Positions 38,201 through 44,408 of a DNA stretch of 44,408 nucleotides are shown in pieces. The DNA comes from Candidatus Undinarchaeales archaeon. GTDB taxonomy: Archaea > SpSt-1190 > JASMDC01. The notes under the pieces were generated by a model that did no database searches, was not told where the DNA came from, and worked only from the letters and a program-made list of their open reading frames with translations. The stretch covers positions 1 to 44,408 of the forward strand of contig JASMDC010000028.1 in assembly GCA_030753015.1 (NCBI GenBank). Reading direction: 5' to 3'. Both the position numbers and the translations under genes were made by a program. Positions within the stretch are counted from its first letter, which is position 1, and each line of letters starts with the position of its first letter.

Positions 38201-38555
38201 GGAGGCCTTCGAGGAGGCCACGTCAGGGCTCGTTGAGACCTCCCGCTCCCTCTCGATCAAAGGCGGGATAGGGTCCGTGCTCGAAAGCGTCAAACAGGTC
38301 TGCTCTCCGCTCGCTCAGGCCTTTGCGCATAGAAAGCCCGGTGGACGTGTAGACGAAGGCTACATCGGCCGTGAGGACGCGACGGGCGAGACCGTGGCAG
38401 TCAAGGTCCACGGGAAACGAGGCGTTCTGGGCGGCAGCCTCACCATCACATGCTTTGCTGGGACGAAGGGCATCGCGGACGCCCTTGCCGATGAGCTGGT
38501 GGACCTGGTGACGGGCAAGGAATCGCCCTCGTACTATGGTACGCGATACACCTGA
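32229..38555 (+). CDS. Giant single-pass receptor-like surface protein (2108 aa): Cys repeats, Asp-box (BNR/sialidase-like) propeller, PT linkers, three helical repeats, TM helix, ~240-aa cytoplasmic domain
   Basis: Signal peptide MKRQRQVIQFGILALLVLSLGTGA and a CDGIDNDCNGDIDDG motif. 74-aa Cys repeats. Asp boxes RSTDNGASW, TSNNWGASW, RSTDGGRSW, QSNDAGLTW. TM LIPWIAMLMVLSLIGAAV followed by RQRIRR. Confidence 0.92.
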   Translation: MKRQRQVIQFGILALLVLSLGTGASVRLANWEEAEYLQNGEWALTMPVQDYRVTGISAKARFKGNLDGINDTTADCAVQEEKVIITTNGDEIGRFGDYGDTLTCVANEVPISCCPMCDAWRKEETFDIPLPACRFAEDKILLGFALTPRDEWASACPTDACVGTFDCRTGSFKVRLFVEVTYEEISTEVCDGIDNDCNGDIDDGEICTGGFECVEGECSTTECATGRFLCDGRCELAPGKCCDGIWFVGGGCCGDEDCTGVQYCDDDHLCKEPECTDTAHCPGNFRCTDHLCSDTECRTGHTRCGAVCDQLPGVCCENVWNAGGDCCHDGGCAGENICGADHRCTQPECTATSPCASNFRCLDGRCSSTECSTDHALCGFTCGPIPGVCCDNTWFTDGDCCDDDNCRTDQYCGADHVCSAYTCSVSTPCPGVLRCVDGICIDPARNFAPNIMVDSGVSGKQLHSALVGLRGGGLLSMWQDARTSDYHVRSSQASPPGYEWSTSVQVDSISFGDQGPPSVVTGPSDLMFAAWTGRDGSIRAAYVARSTDNGASWGPSRVISGDLDSPKDAAIALGGGQLTAVFSAVESGYRSVYAVTSNNWGASWSSPFLIASGESARVGIPSVAIDADMVAVVVWEEGSSLSEAIYTARSTDGGRSWSERSRVDPAPSPWQIRPTLLAARDGGFHLAWDEEYDIYTSQSNDAGLTWSTKVLVFDASHGWRAEPMLAVAGNGNAYVVWDSYYDIYTAYIPKGGTKWTEPARVDDSPEGTQQRRPALAVDSEGVVHVAWEDNRNGEYAVHYSLSTPCKPGFTFCEARCIPSTEGRCCGGIWRVGAECCWHEECESGHACDRYSCSSTLCAPGFVSCEGACLRLPGACCGGVWKGSAECCTDDDCTRGGTCDASLQCIGGEPVGPTPIPTADPSASPSATPSTTTPPGGSPGPTATTSPSSTPTSTPDPSASPTVTTSPTPTPGATTTPGPTAAPTPTPTPASENVRQWLLSLWEDISRAEQNGEITSEMAARLRRSLEQAFSLMVGGDVGGAVDIADTIFRDIARARIEALIQRVEALGLAGQIDEETLAKLLKRLREALQAIDETGVSSGTDVLLARSNAEDLLKTVELLVTEVVDAEQASDTQGPTPTATRPMTTKDWVLALWMEIGRAEGAGEITSDVAQRLRHRLQEALDLIDSGRDDEALMIADTISRDVARARVEALIQRLEALGREGRIDRAVLAELLERLMETLRAIDEGDVVTGTADLEQVIARQAATIEAIELILAEVDEAEHTAAPAPTPPLADGTSLAPETVVSAVQEWIETLSEDVQTAEENGIITPEKAMEIHQGLSRARALLEQGRVNAALEEVGRVAPAVARARLEALIQRVEALGRDGLLDAETVAELLGRLRNALQDLEEDESGTETLPVFERMERLLESVNALTNEVEQAAGDETPVTPSTGPVPTMVPSLVPTLIPTTVPTVSPTILPDGSVTLLPTLVATMVPSMVPTMVPTTVPGPGPTASAMNPNGTNVSGGPGPSGVLVTEGIDLDQASIPSSIPADPVAAAIHDLAEEMGCAAVCAGRPEGCDDACEDLLDLERKIASPLFQERLLVQMAVSNTPPPGLERHLQSAWRRLGEGDVTGVQDTVQRVQGIIKERLAIDVAVNTVSKSSFTPQMEPEEVATPSVLELFDIESSLGESAEKLVDGVVAVSKAVRERMGVVITGHVMEVALQTAEGTSEPKIATVVTLSVENTGADDEEDFCILQLIPKALASSVTDVTFRQDVRVVVNDPVVLWSVDRLKSGSKVDLSFSVQKQVSQDDVEASRITFLKLPASHCRELSTKPGGGSGWGTTTAGGALSTIKSLIPWIAMLMVLSLIGAAVRQRIRRGPGTLALSIARQAGYTSVTATARNTGHTPMLEVAIEFELPCELAPPPDVSLHEAVGTIPASGYHMSMLYISPRTPARSTVGASITYRRGGIQTTERAPPVSVASVLPLVSPLKMDEEAFEEATSGLVETSRSLSIKGGIGSVLESVKQVCSPLAQAFAHRKPGGRVDEGYIGREDATGETVAVKVHGKRGVLGGSLTITCFAGTKGIADALADELVDLVTGKESPSYYGTRYT
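32847..33548 (+). repeat. Three tandem 222-bp (74-aa, 14-Cys) coding repeats plus a partial fourth
   Basis: Units begin CTGGFEC, CPGNFRC (33069) and CASNFRC (33291), and share PG.CC...W...G.CC....C. Related units recur at ~34640-34945. Confidence 0.88.
35199..36540 (+). repeat. Three ~150-160-aa helical coding repeats
   Basis: ARARIEALIQRVEALG, ARARVEALIQRLEALG and ARARLEALIQRVEALG, each preceded by W...L...I/V..AE..G.IT and separated by PT linkers. Confidence 0.9.
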
Positions 38556-38589
38556 TGTTCTCGAGCGGCATCCCGCCGCCGCTACAGCG

Positions 38590-38598
38590 CATAAATAG
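38590..38598 (+). promoter_or_regulatory. Putative TATA box of the Rieske-domain surface protein gene
   Basis: CATAAATAG lies ~22-30 bp upstream of GTG 38619 / ATG 38628. Confidence 0.5.
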
Positions 38599-38627
38599 TT
38601 TGGGCGTCTATAGTTGGCGTGGGTAGT

Positions 38628-41600
38628 ATGAAGTATCGTGAGGGCGAGGTTCTAGTGGCAGCGCTCCTTACTGCCCTCCTGATGCTCACGACACCCACGC
38701 TCGCCGATGACACATGTATATTCATCGTCAACGAGGCCGACGTGCCCGCGGGAACGACCCACACATTCAAACACGGGGCCATAGATGCCATCCTGGTCAA
38801 CTTCGGTGGGGAGTACAGGGCCTACTACAACTCCTGCACTCATGCGGGTTCTCCCATCGACATCCAAGGTGACGTCCTCAATTGCCCGCTGCACGGATCT
38901 CAGTTCGCACCCGCGGACGGTACCGTCGTCACCGGTCCTGCAGCGACTCCTCTCCACTCTATCCCTGTAACAACAAAGGACGGTGGTATCTACACCGGCA
39001 CCTGCACTCAGGGACCGAGCTGCGGCGACGGTACGTGCTCGGAGAGTGAGGACTGCCGGGATGACGACGCGATCTGTACGGGAGGCCTTTACTGCGGCAA
39101 CGGGTGCATCCAACGGCCCAACGGCATGGCCTGCGACTCCGACGAGGCCTGCGCCTCCGGCAACTGTGCCATCGATTGGGAGAACGCCGAGGGGACATGC
39201 GCTCCAGAAGGCAACTGTGTCCACGGGGACGGGATCGATTTCATCTCCCTAGTCACCGTCTCTGGGGACCGCTACTGCAACGATACCCTGTGGCAGTCCC
39301 GTAAGGTCGACGGTGACCTGTGCGACCCAGCTCACCCGATAATGTGCTCTGAACGACGGTGCGTTGGGACAATCGACGGTTCCAGTAATCTCTGCTGTGT
39401 CTCGGGATGCGCTCTTGAGGACAGTTGCGTACCATCCGGTACGCGGGAAGGATCAATGTACTGTGACGATATGTGGTGGGAACAGTTGGCCGACGGTGCT
39501 GCTTGCACCACTTCGGCAGCCTGCGCTAACGCCACCTGTGTGGAGGACGTGAAAGGAGGACCGTCCATATGCTGCGCCCGCGAGTGCGTCTCTGGTGGCG
39601 TATGCTATGGAAATGAGACCCAGCTCGATGGCATGTACTGCGCCGGCGAGTGGGAAGTGCTGCGCCATGATGGTGCATCCTGTACCGCGGACTGGGAGTG
39701 TACCGCTGGCCTCTGCGCCGAGGACAAGCTCACTGGGAATGGATTGTGCTGCCCTCGTGACTGCGTCTACAACGGCATCTGCTCCCCGACCTTTGGCCAG
39801 GCCGTCGGACTGTTCTGCAACGTCACCGGCTCATGGGAGCAGAAGCGGGAGGAGGGATCACCGTGTCACCACTACTTCCAGTGTCTGGGTGATACATGCG
39901 CCTCATCGGACGAAGGGAGCTTATGTTGCGCGTCACCAGGTTGCACCGATGCCGATAAGTGCATGCCCGTGGGGAGCCAGATCGAGGATCGGTACTGCGA
40001 GAGCGGCACATGGCGGTACTTTACAGCGTCCGAGTGTGAAAAGGACTACGAGTGCAAGAGCAACCAGTGCGTGGACGACGTCGATGGTGACGGACGCCAC
40101 TGCTGCGCGACACAGTGCGTTTTCAACGCCACCTGTTACCCGCTGTACGGCCGGGCGGCGGACCACTGGTGCAACGACACGGCATGGATCCCGCAGCTCG
40201 CCCACGGTGCGCCATGCGATCAGCACGGTGAATGCTTCTCGTCATGGTGCGCGCAGGACAAGAACGGAACCGGCCTGTGCGGGCTCCAGGGATCGTGTCT
40301 TCACTCGGGCGAATTCCACCCGTCCGGGGAGAGCGCCCTGCTCGGGGAGGAGAGCGAGTACTGCCTGGAAGGAGTATGGCACGACTGCCTTGACGACGAT
40401 GAATGTGGGACGGGCCGCTGGTGTGACGAGAACCTCACCTGTCGCGATCCCTTCTGCGGGAACCAGCGGTGCGAGGCAGGGGAGTGTGCGGACGGGTGCG
40501 CTGATTGCTCGCTCACCGTCTGCATCGGTGACGGCACCTGCTCTACTGCCATCGGGGAGAGCTGCGCGAGCTCCGGTGACTGCGTCTGTCCCGGTGGGAT
40601 GCATTGCAGCGTCTCGGATCCCCTGCGGGATACAATCGGCTGCGTCCGTGTATCGTGCGGGGACGGTGTCTGTAACAAGACGGCCGGGGAATGCCTTTCA
40701 GGGTGTGCTGTCGACTGCAACTCAACGACATGCATCGGTGACGGCGCCTGCAGCCCCGCAGTTGGCGAGAACTGCTCGACCTCTGCCGACTGCCTCTGTC
40801 CCAGCGGCTTGGTCTGCCGATCAGGAGAGGCTGGCGTTGACTGGATGGGATGCTACAATCCCGCCTGCGGGAACAATGTTTGCGATATCGACCGTGACGA
40901 GTGCGATGCGGGATGCCCTGACTGCAGTCCCGAGACATGCGCCGGTGACAGCACATGCAGCCCGCGTATCGGCGAGGACTGCAGCACGACCGAGGAGTGC
41001 GCATGCACACCACCGCTCAGATGCCAGGCGGGAGCGGCCGATGCTGATCTGCACGGGTGCGCACCACCCCCGTGTGGCGATGGGACGTGTGACGCGAGCG
41101 AGACGTGCGACCTTTGTCCGGATGATTGCGGGAACTGCTTCCTCATACAGCCCCAGGCGGTGACTCTCTCGGAAGAGGAGGGAGAGGGTACCGAGGTCCT
41201 CACCATATCGAGCCTCAGCAAGTCCGCCTATTTCGCCGCCGTGATTGAGGTCAAACATCCATCTACTGTCGAGGTGTTACCCTCCCGCCTCCTGGTCCAG
41301 CCAGGCATGGAGAACAGCGTCATGCTCACGCTCAAGACCAGCACCGCGGTGAGCGGGAAGGGTGAGATAGTCCTCGCGAAGGAGAGCTCCGGCGAGGTAC
41401 TGGCGAAGGTGTCACTGACCGTTTCCGTGGAGGACACTGGCCCCTCCCCTATCAGCCTCCCACAGCCACGTATCCCGATCTCGGGCGATACGGGAGCAAC
41501 GGTCACCTTCTACTTCCCAGTGCTCAATGAAGGTGAAGGCGATGCCAGGGTTGCAATGACACCTCTCAAGGCAGGAACGGCCGCCTCATGGGTCATCCTC

Positions 41601-42626
41601 GACGTTCGTGAGCTCTCCATCCCCGCCGGTGTCCAGCGCATGGTGCTCGGTCGCATTTCCATCCCCCCCGACGCACCCGGTGGCGCTCATGAGGTGGCCA
41701 TCGACGTGACGGGCGGTGCCCAGATGGTGACCGCGTACCTGGTGATCACCGTGAGCAGCACTGCGATCGTCTGTGGTGACGGTGCATGTGGGACCGGTGA
41801 GGATTGCTCGATATGTCCACAGGACTGCCCCTGTGAGAAGCGTCTAGTACTGGAGCTCCCGGCAAATGCCACTGTAGATACGAGCCTACCGGGACCGGCT
41901 AGGGCCACTGTGACGGTCAGGAACCCGATGGACAGATGGGCCAACTGCACGCTCGTCGCAGGACGGAACGATACGACCATCACGCCCCTCAACCTTACTC
42001 TTGCCCCGGGGAACTCCTCGCAGGTGGTCGTGATCGTCGATATCCCCGACACGACCGGCGAGATCCTCGTTCCACTGGCCGTGATGATGGAAGGAGATGT
42101 CGTCGCCTCGGCGAACCTCACGGTCAGGGTGTCGGACGCAGTCCCCCGGGAGGTGCTCACGGCTCGTGTGGCCACCATATCCATGAAGGTGAAGGATGCG
42201 GCGAGCGCTCTGGAGAGCGCACGACACGCCGAGACAGTCACCAGGGAAAGACTCGACGCTCTGGACGGGGAGGCAGATGCGATCAGGGAGGTGCTCGATG
42301 ACGTGCGGGCTCACCTCGATGCTGGGCGCCAGTCCGATGCCGAGTACGCCCTCGAACGGGCGGGACGTGACATGGACAAGCTCCATGCCCGGCTCGATAC
42401 GAACGGTATCCTGGCTGCATGGGCTCGCCCAAGCTCCACACCGACACCGACGCCCGAGAAAGGCGATGGCTGGAGCATCTCATGGGGCGGTGTCCTCATC
42501 GTGGGGATGCTGGCAGCACTGATCCTCGTCCCCATGGCAGCGCTCCTGATCTCCCGGCGGCGTCCCCCGAAGCCTGCTGCTCCCACGGGCTCCTATTACG
42601 GCCAGTACTCTACGGTCAGGTACTAG
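38628..42626 (+). CDS. Membrane-anchored Cys-rich surface protein with N-terminal Rieske [2Fe-2S] domain (~1332 aa)
   Basis: Signal peptide MKYREGEVLVAALLTALLMLTTPTLA. Rieske boxes NSCTHAG...CPLHGSQF..DG.V..GPA..PL. Long Cys arrays including CGDG.C repeats, then Ig-like domains, a helical stalk and TM WGGVLIVGMLAALILVPMAALLI followed by SRRRP. Confidence 0.9.
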   Translation: MKYREGEVLVAALLTALLMLTTPTLADDTCIFIVNEADVPAGTTHTFKHGAIDAILVNFGGEYRAYYNSCTHAGSPIDIQGDVLNCPLHGSQFAPADGTVVTGPAATPLHSIPVTTKDGGIYTGTCTQGPSCGDGTCSESEDCRDDDAICTGGLYCGNGCIQRPNGMACDSDEACASGNCAIDWENAEGTCAPEGNCVHGDGIDFISLVTVSGDRYCNDTLWQSRKVDGDLCDPAHPIMCSERRCVGTIDGSSNLCCVSGCALEDSCVPSGTREGSMYCDDMWWEQLADGAACTTSAACANATCVEDVKGGPSICCARECVSGGVCYGNETQLDGMYCAGEWEVLRHDGASCTADWECTAGLCAEDKLTGNGLCCPRDCVYNGICSPTFGQAVGLFCNVTGSWEQKREEGSPCHHYFQCLGDTCASSDEGSLCCASPGCTDADKCMPVGSQIEDRYCESGTWRYFTASECEKDYECKSNQCVDDVDGDGRHCCATQCVFNATCYPLYGRAADHWCNDTAWIPQLAHGAPCDQHGECFSSWCAQDKNGTGLCGLQGSCLHSGEFHPSGESALLGEESEYCLEGVWHDCLDDDECGTGRWCDENLTCRDPFCGNQRCEAGECADGCADCSLTVCIGDGTCSTAIGESCASSGDCVCPGGMHCSVSDPLRDTIGCVRVSCGDGVCNKTAGECLSGCAVDCNSTTCIGDGACSPAVGENCSTSADCLCPSGLVCRSGEAGVDWMGCYNPACGNNVCDIDRDECDAGCPDCSPETCAGDSTCSPRIGEDCSTTEECACTPPLRCQAGAADADLHGCAPPPCGDGTCDASETCDLCPDDCGNCFLIQPQAVTLSEEEGEGTEVLTISSLSKSAYFAAVIEVKHPSTVEVLPSRLLVQPGMENSVMLTLKTSTAVSGKGEIVLAKESSGEVLAKVSLTVSVEDTGPSPISLPQPRIPISGDTGATVTFYFPVLNEGEGDARVAMTPLKAGTAASWVILDVRELSIPAGVQRMVLGRISIPPDAPGGAHEVAIDVTGGAQMVTAYLVITVSSTAIVCGDGACGTGEDCSICPQDCPCEKRLVLELPANATVDTSLPGPARATVTVRNPMDRWANCTLVAGRNDTTITPLNLTLAPGNSSQVVVIVDIPDTTGEILVPLAVMMEGDVVASANLTVRVSDAVPREVLTARVATISMKVKDAASALESARHAETVTRERLDALDGEADAIREVLDDVRAHLDAGRQSDAEYALERAGRDMDKLHARLDTNGILAAWARPSSTPTPTPEKGDGWSISWGGVLIVGMLAALILVPMAALLISRRRPPKPAAPTGSYYGQYSTVRY

Positions 42627-42636
42627 GCGGAGTATG

Positions 42637-44238
42637 TCACGCCCCGGGCAAAATACGGTAGAAGGTGTACCCCACGCCCCCACCCTCATAGGTACGGAAG
42701 GGAGTGAGCTGGAACCGCTTCCTCATCCAGAAGCAGCGTTCCAGTGATCCATCGATGTCCCACTTAACACAGTAGACATCCTCGAAGAAGAGTACGCAGG
42801 CGTTACGGTCGAACTGCTCCTCCCGGGCCGCAACGTCCGTCAGGAACGTTCCTATGGGCATGACCTCGAACCCCGTGGTCGAGCTCAGGACCGTGGGCCG
42901 TTCCAGGACAACGATGCAATCAGCAGGTATCTCACGCTCGGCACGCTCGGGGATGGTGGCCATCAGCACGCGATGCGGATCAGAGTAGAATGCGGCGTGG
43001 TCCCGGGCGTAGGGTATATTGAGCGTGGCCACAGCAAGGGCGATGACCACGAGGAGGTGTATGGTCCATTGCCTGCCGATGCGGGCCGAGATGGACCGTG
43101 AGACCTCCAGGGCACCGCGAGCGCCGAATATCCAGAGCACGGGAGCGAAGCTCGTGAAGAACCGTTCCTTCCCTTGGAGAGTCTGGAACCATGATGTGAA
43201 ATACACGAGCCAGAGGATTGCGAACCATATCCCGAGGAAAAGGCTCTGTCGACGTCGCTCCCGGAGCATTGGAGAAATCCCGAATAGCACCAAGACCGAG
43301 AAGAGCGACGTCTGGTGAGAGCCATCGAACAGCGACGGGCCGAAGGCAAGTGAGTTATCGATGAGATTGCCAAGGCTCCAGTTGCTCCCGCTCATCTGCC
43401 CTCCTGTATCGCTGGCTTGCCAGTCCGTGAACGCATGGCTCCCGATAACGACGACCAAGTTGGGCAGGGAGAGGAGGACTGCCAAGGCGAGCGGTAGCAC
43501 GATGCTCCGGATAGAGGGGCCAGTCCTGCGATAGAGCAGCCAGCCAGCGATGAACAAGACGAACAGGAAGTAGTTCTCCTGCCGGAGCTGGACTGCGAAC
43601 GCCATACCCGCGAGCGCGAGCTGGAGCAGGTCGCGCCGCATGGAACGGAAGGCGAGGAGGGAGAAGTAAATGACTAGGATTATGAAGAAGATCGAGGCCG
43701 CGTTGGACTTCGCGCACGCCGACCATCTGATATGGATGGGATCGCATGCGAGCCAGAGCGCTGCTACCAGTGCTGCGTCCGAGCGACCAGTGACGAGACG
43801 CGTGAGGAGGAACACCGGTAGGATGGTGAACGCACCTATGACGAGGGCGGTGTAGATGGCAACCCAGTTATTCACACCGAACAGGCCGAATGCGATAGAG
43901 ATGAGGACCGACCAACCGATGGGCTCGCGGTAATCGCCTTGGCTCCCTGAGCGGAGCAGGTCCTTTGCCGCTCCCATGTCCAACTGCTCATCGATGTAGA
44001 TGATGTGGTGGGGAGAAGGGATTGAGAGCCGGAGAGCCAGGGATGCGCATAGGACCAGAGCAAGTACTGCCCAGGTAACGGGATCGACATCTCGGAGGTG
44101 GCGCATGAGCGCACGGCGGGCCCGTACTGCGAAGAAGAGCATAAGGAGGAACGCAATCAGCGCAGTGAACGGCGCTACACCGAAAATAGTATATTCCAGC
44201 CATACCATGAAATCAGCGATCAGTTCCCCCGTCGCCAT
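42637..44238 (-). CDS. GT-C fold glycosyltransferase (ArnT/PMT family 39-like)
   Basis: YIDE acidic motif after the early TM helices, P.GW, DPIHIRWS, LRQEN and ERFF motifs, many TM helices and a C-terminal soluble domain. Start uncertain (44244/44238/44208). Confidence 0.82.
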   Translation of the reverse strand: MATGELIADFMVWLEYTIFGVAPFTALIAFLLMLFFAVRARRALMRHLRDVDPVTWAVLALVLCASLALRLSIPSPHHIIYIDEQLDMGAAKDLLRSGSQGDYREPIGWSVLISIAFGLFGVNNWVAIYTALVIGAFTILPVFLLTRLVTGRSDAALVAALWLACDPIHIRWSACAKSNAASIFFIILVIYFSLLAFRSMRRDLLQLALAGMAFAVQLRQENYFLFVLFIAGWLLYRRTGPSIRSIVLPLALAVLLSLPNLVVVIGSHAFTDWQASDTGGQMSGSNWSLGNLIDNSLAFGPSLFDGSHQTSLFSVLVLFGISPMLRERRRQSLFLGIWFAILWLVYFTSWFQTLQGKERFFTSFAPVLWIFGARGALEVSRSISARIGRQWTIHLLVVIALAVATLNIPYARDHAAFYSDPHRVLMATIPERAEREIPADCIVVLERPTVLSSTTGFEVMPIGTFLTDVAAREEQFDRNACVLFFEDVYCVKWDIDGSLERCFWMRKRFQLTPFRTYEGGGVGYTFYRILPGA

Positions 44239-44341
44239 CTGCACCCGTCTCTCGTTCTAAAGAAAGATAAAGCCATTGCTCTCCCGGATGAGAGTTCTGG
44301 TACCGGAGAAGAGGGGATATGGACCTTGTTGCGCGCCCCAT

Positions 44342-44368
44342 GAAAAAAGTTATAAACACTAGTTGTTT
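44342..44368 (+). promoter_or_regulatory. BRE+TATA promoter with an overlapping inverted repeat
   Basis: GAAAAAAG-TTATAAA, overlapped and followed by AAACA-CTAGT-TGTTT. ATG at 44375. Confidence 0.6.
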
Positions 44369-44374
44369 CACCGA

Positions 44375-44408
44375 ATGTCCCAGCAAATGCCCCGATATAC
44401 TGAGAATG
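44375..44408 (+). CDS. Possible N-terminus of a gene running off the window (MSQQMPRYTEN...)
   Basis: An ATG just downstream of a strong TATA box, open to the window edge. Only 11 codons are visible. Confidence 0.4.
   Translation, partial: MSQQMPRYTEN

Noticed and set aside
44375-44408. Calling the edge ORF a ribonucleotide reductase (nrdJ)
   Set aside because: Only 11 codons are visible, which is too little to assign a product.

Overview
A gene-dense, GC-rich (~60% by eye) window that looks archaeal. The evidence is TATA/BRE-type promoters about 20-28 bp upstream of start codons, a class III (archaeal pilin-type) KRGQ signal peptide, and short Cys-pair repeats typical of DPANN/CPR surface proteins. 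The DPANN assignment is inference. Most of the window is a cell-surface island. It holds at least nine large exported or membrane-anchored Cys-rich proteins, including giants of ~3310, 2108 and ~1332 aa and a >756-aa protein missing from the ORF track because it runs off the left edge. These surround a glycosylation/modification cluster: a flippase-like LPG-synthase TM protein, a B12-binding radical SAM, two GT2s, a radical SAM, and a GT-C fused to WD40. The window also has a second GT-C and an AmmeMemoRadiSam radical SAM with a twin-arginine-like N-terminus. Four signals stand out. (i) A single-pass 2108-aa receptor-like protein has a cytoplasmic tail resembling an adaptin/coatomer appendage domain. 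(ii) Its neighbour carries a Rieske [2Fe-2S] domain behind an apparent Sec signal at the tip of a Cys-rich stalk. (iii) Those two proteins share a C-terminal SYYG..RY motif. (iv) A 707-aa protein is a clear paralog of the C-terminal part of the ~3310-aa giant, minus its Ca-binding repeat insert. I found no rRNA, tRNA, CRISPR array or mobile element.
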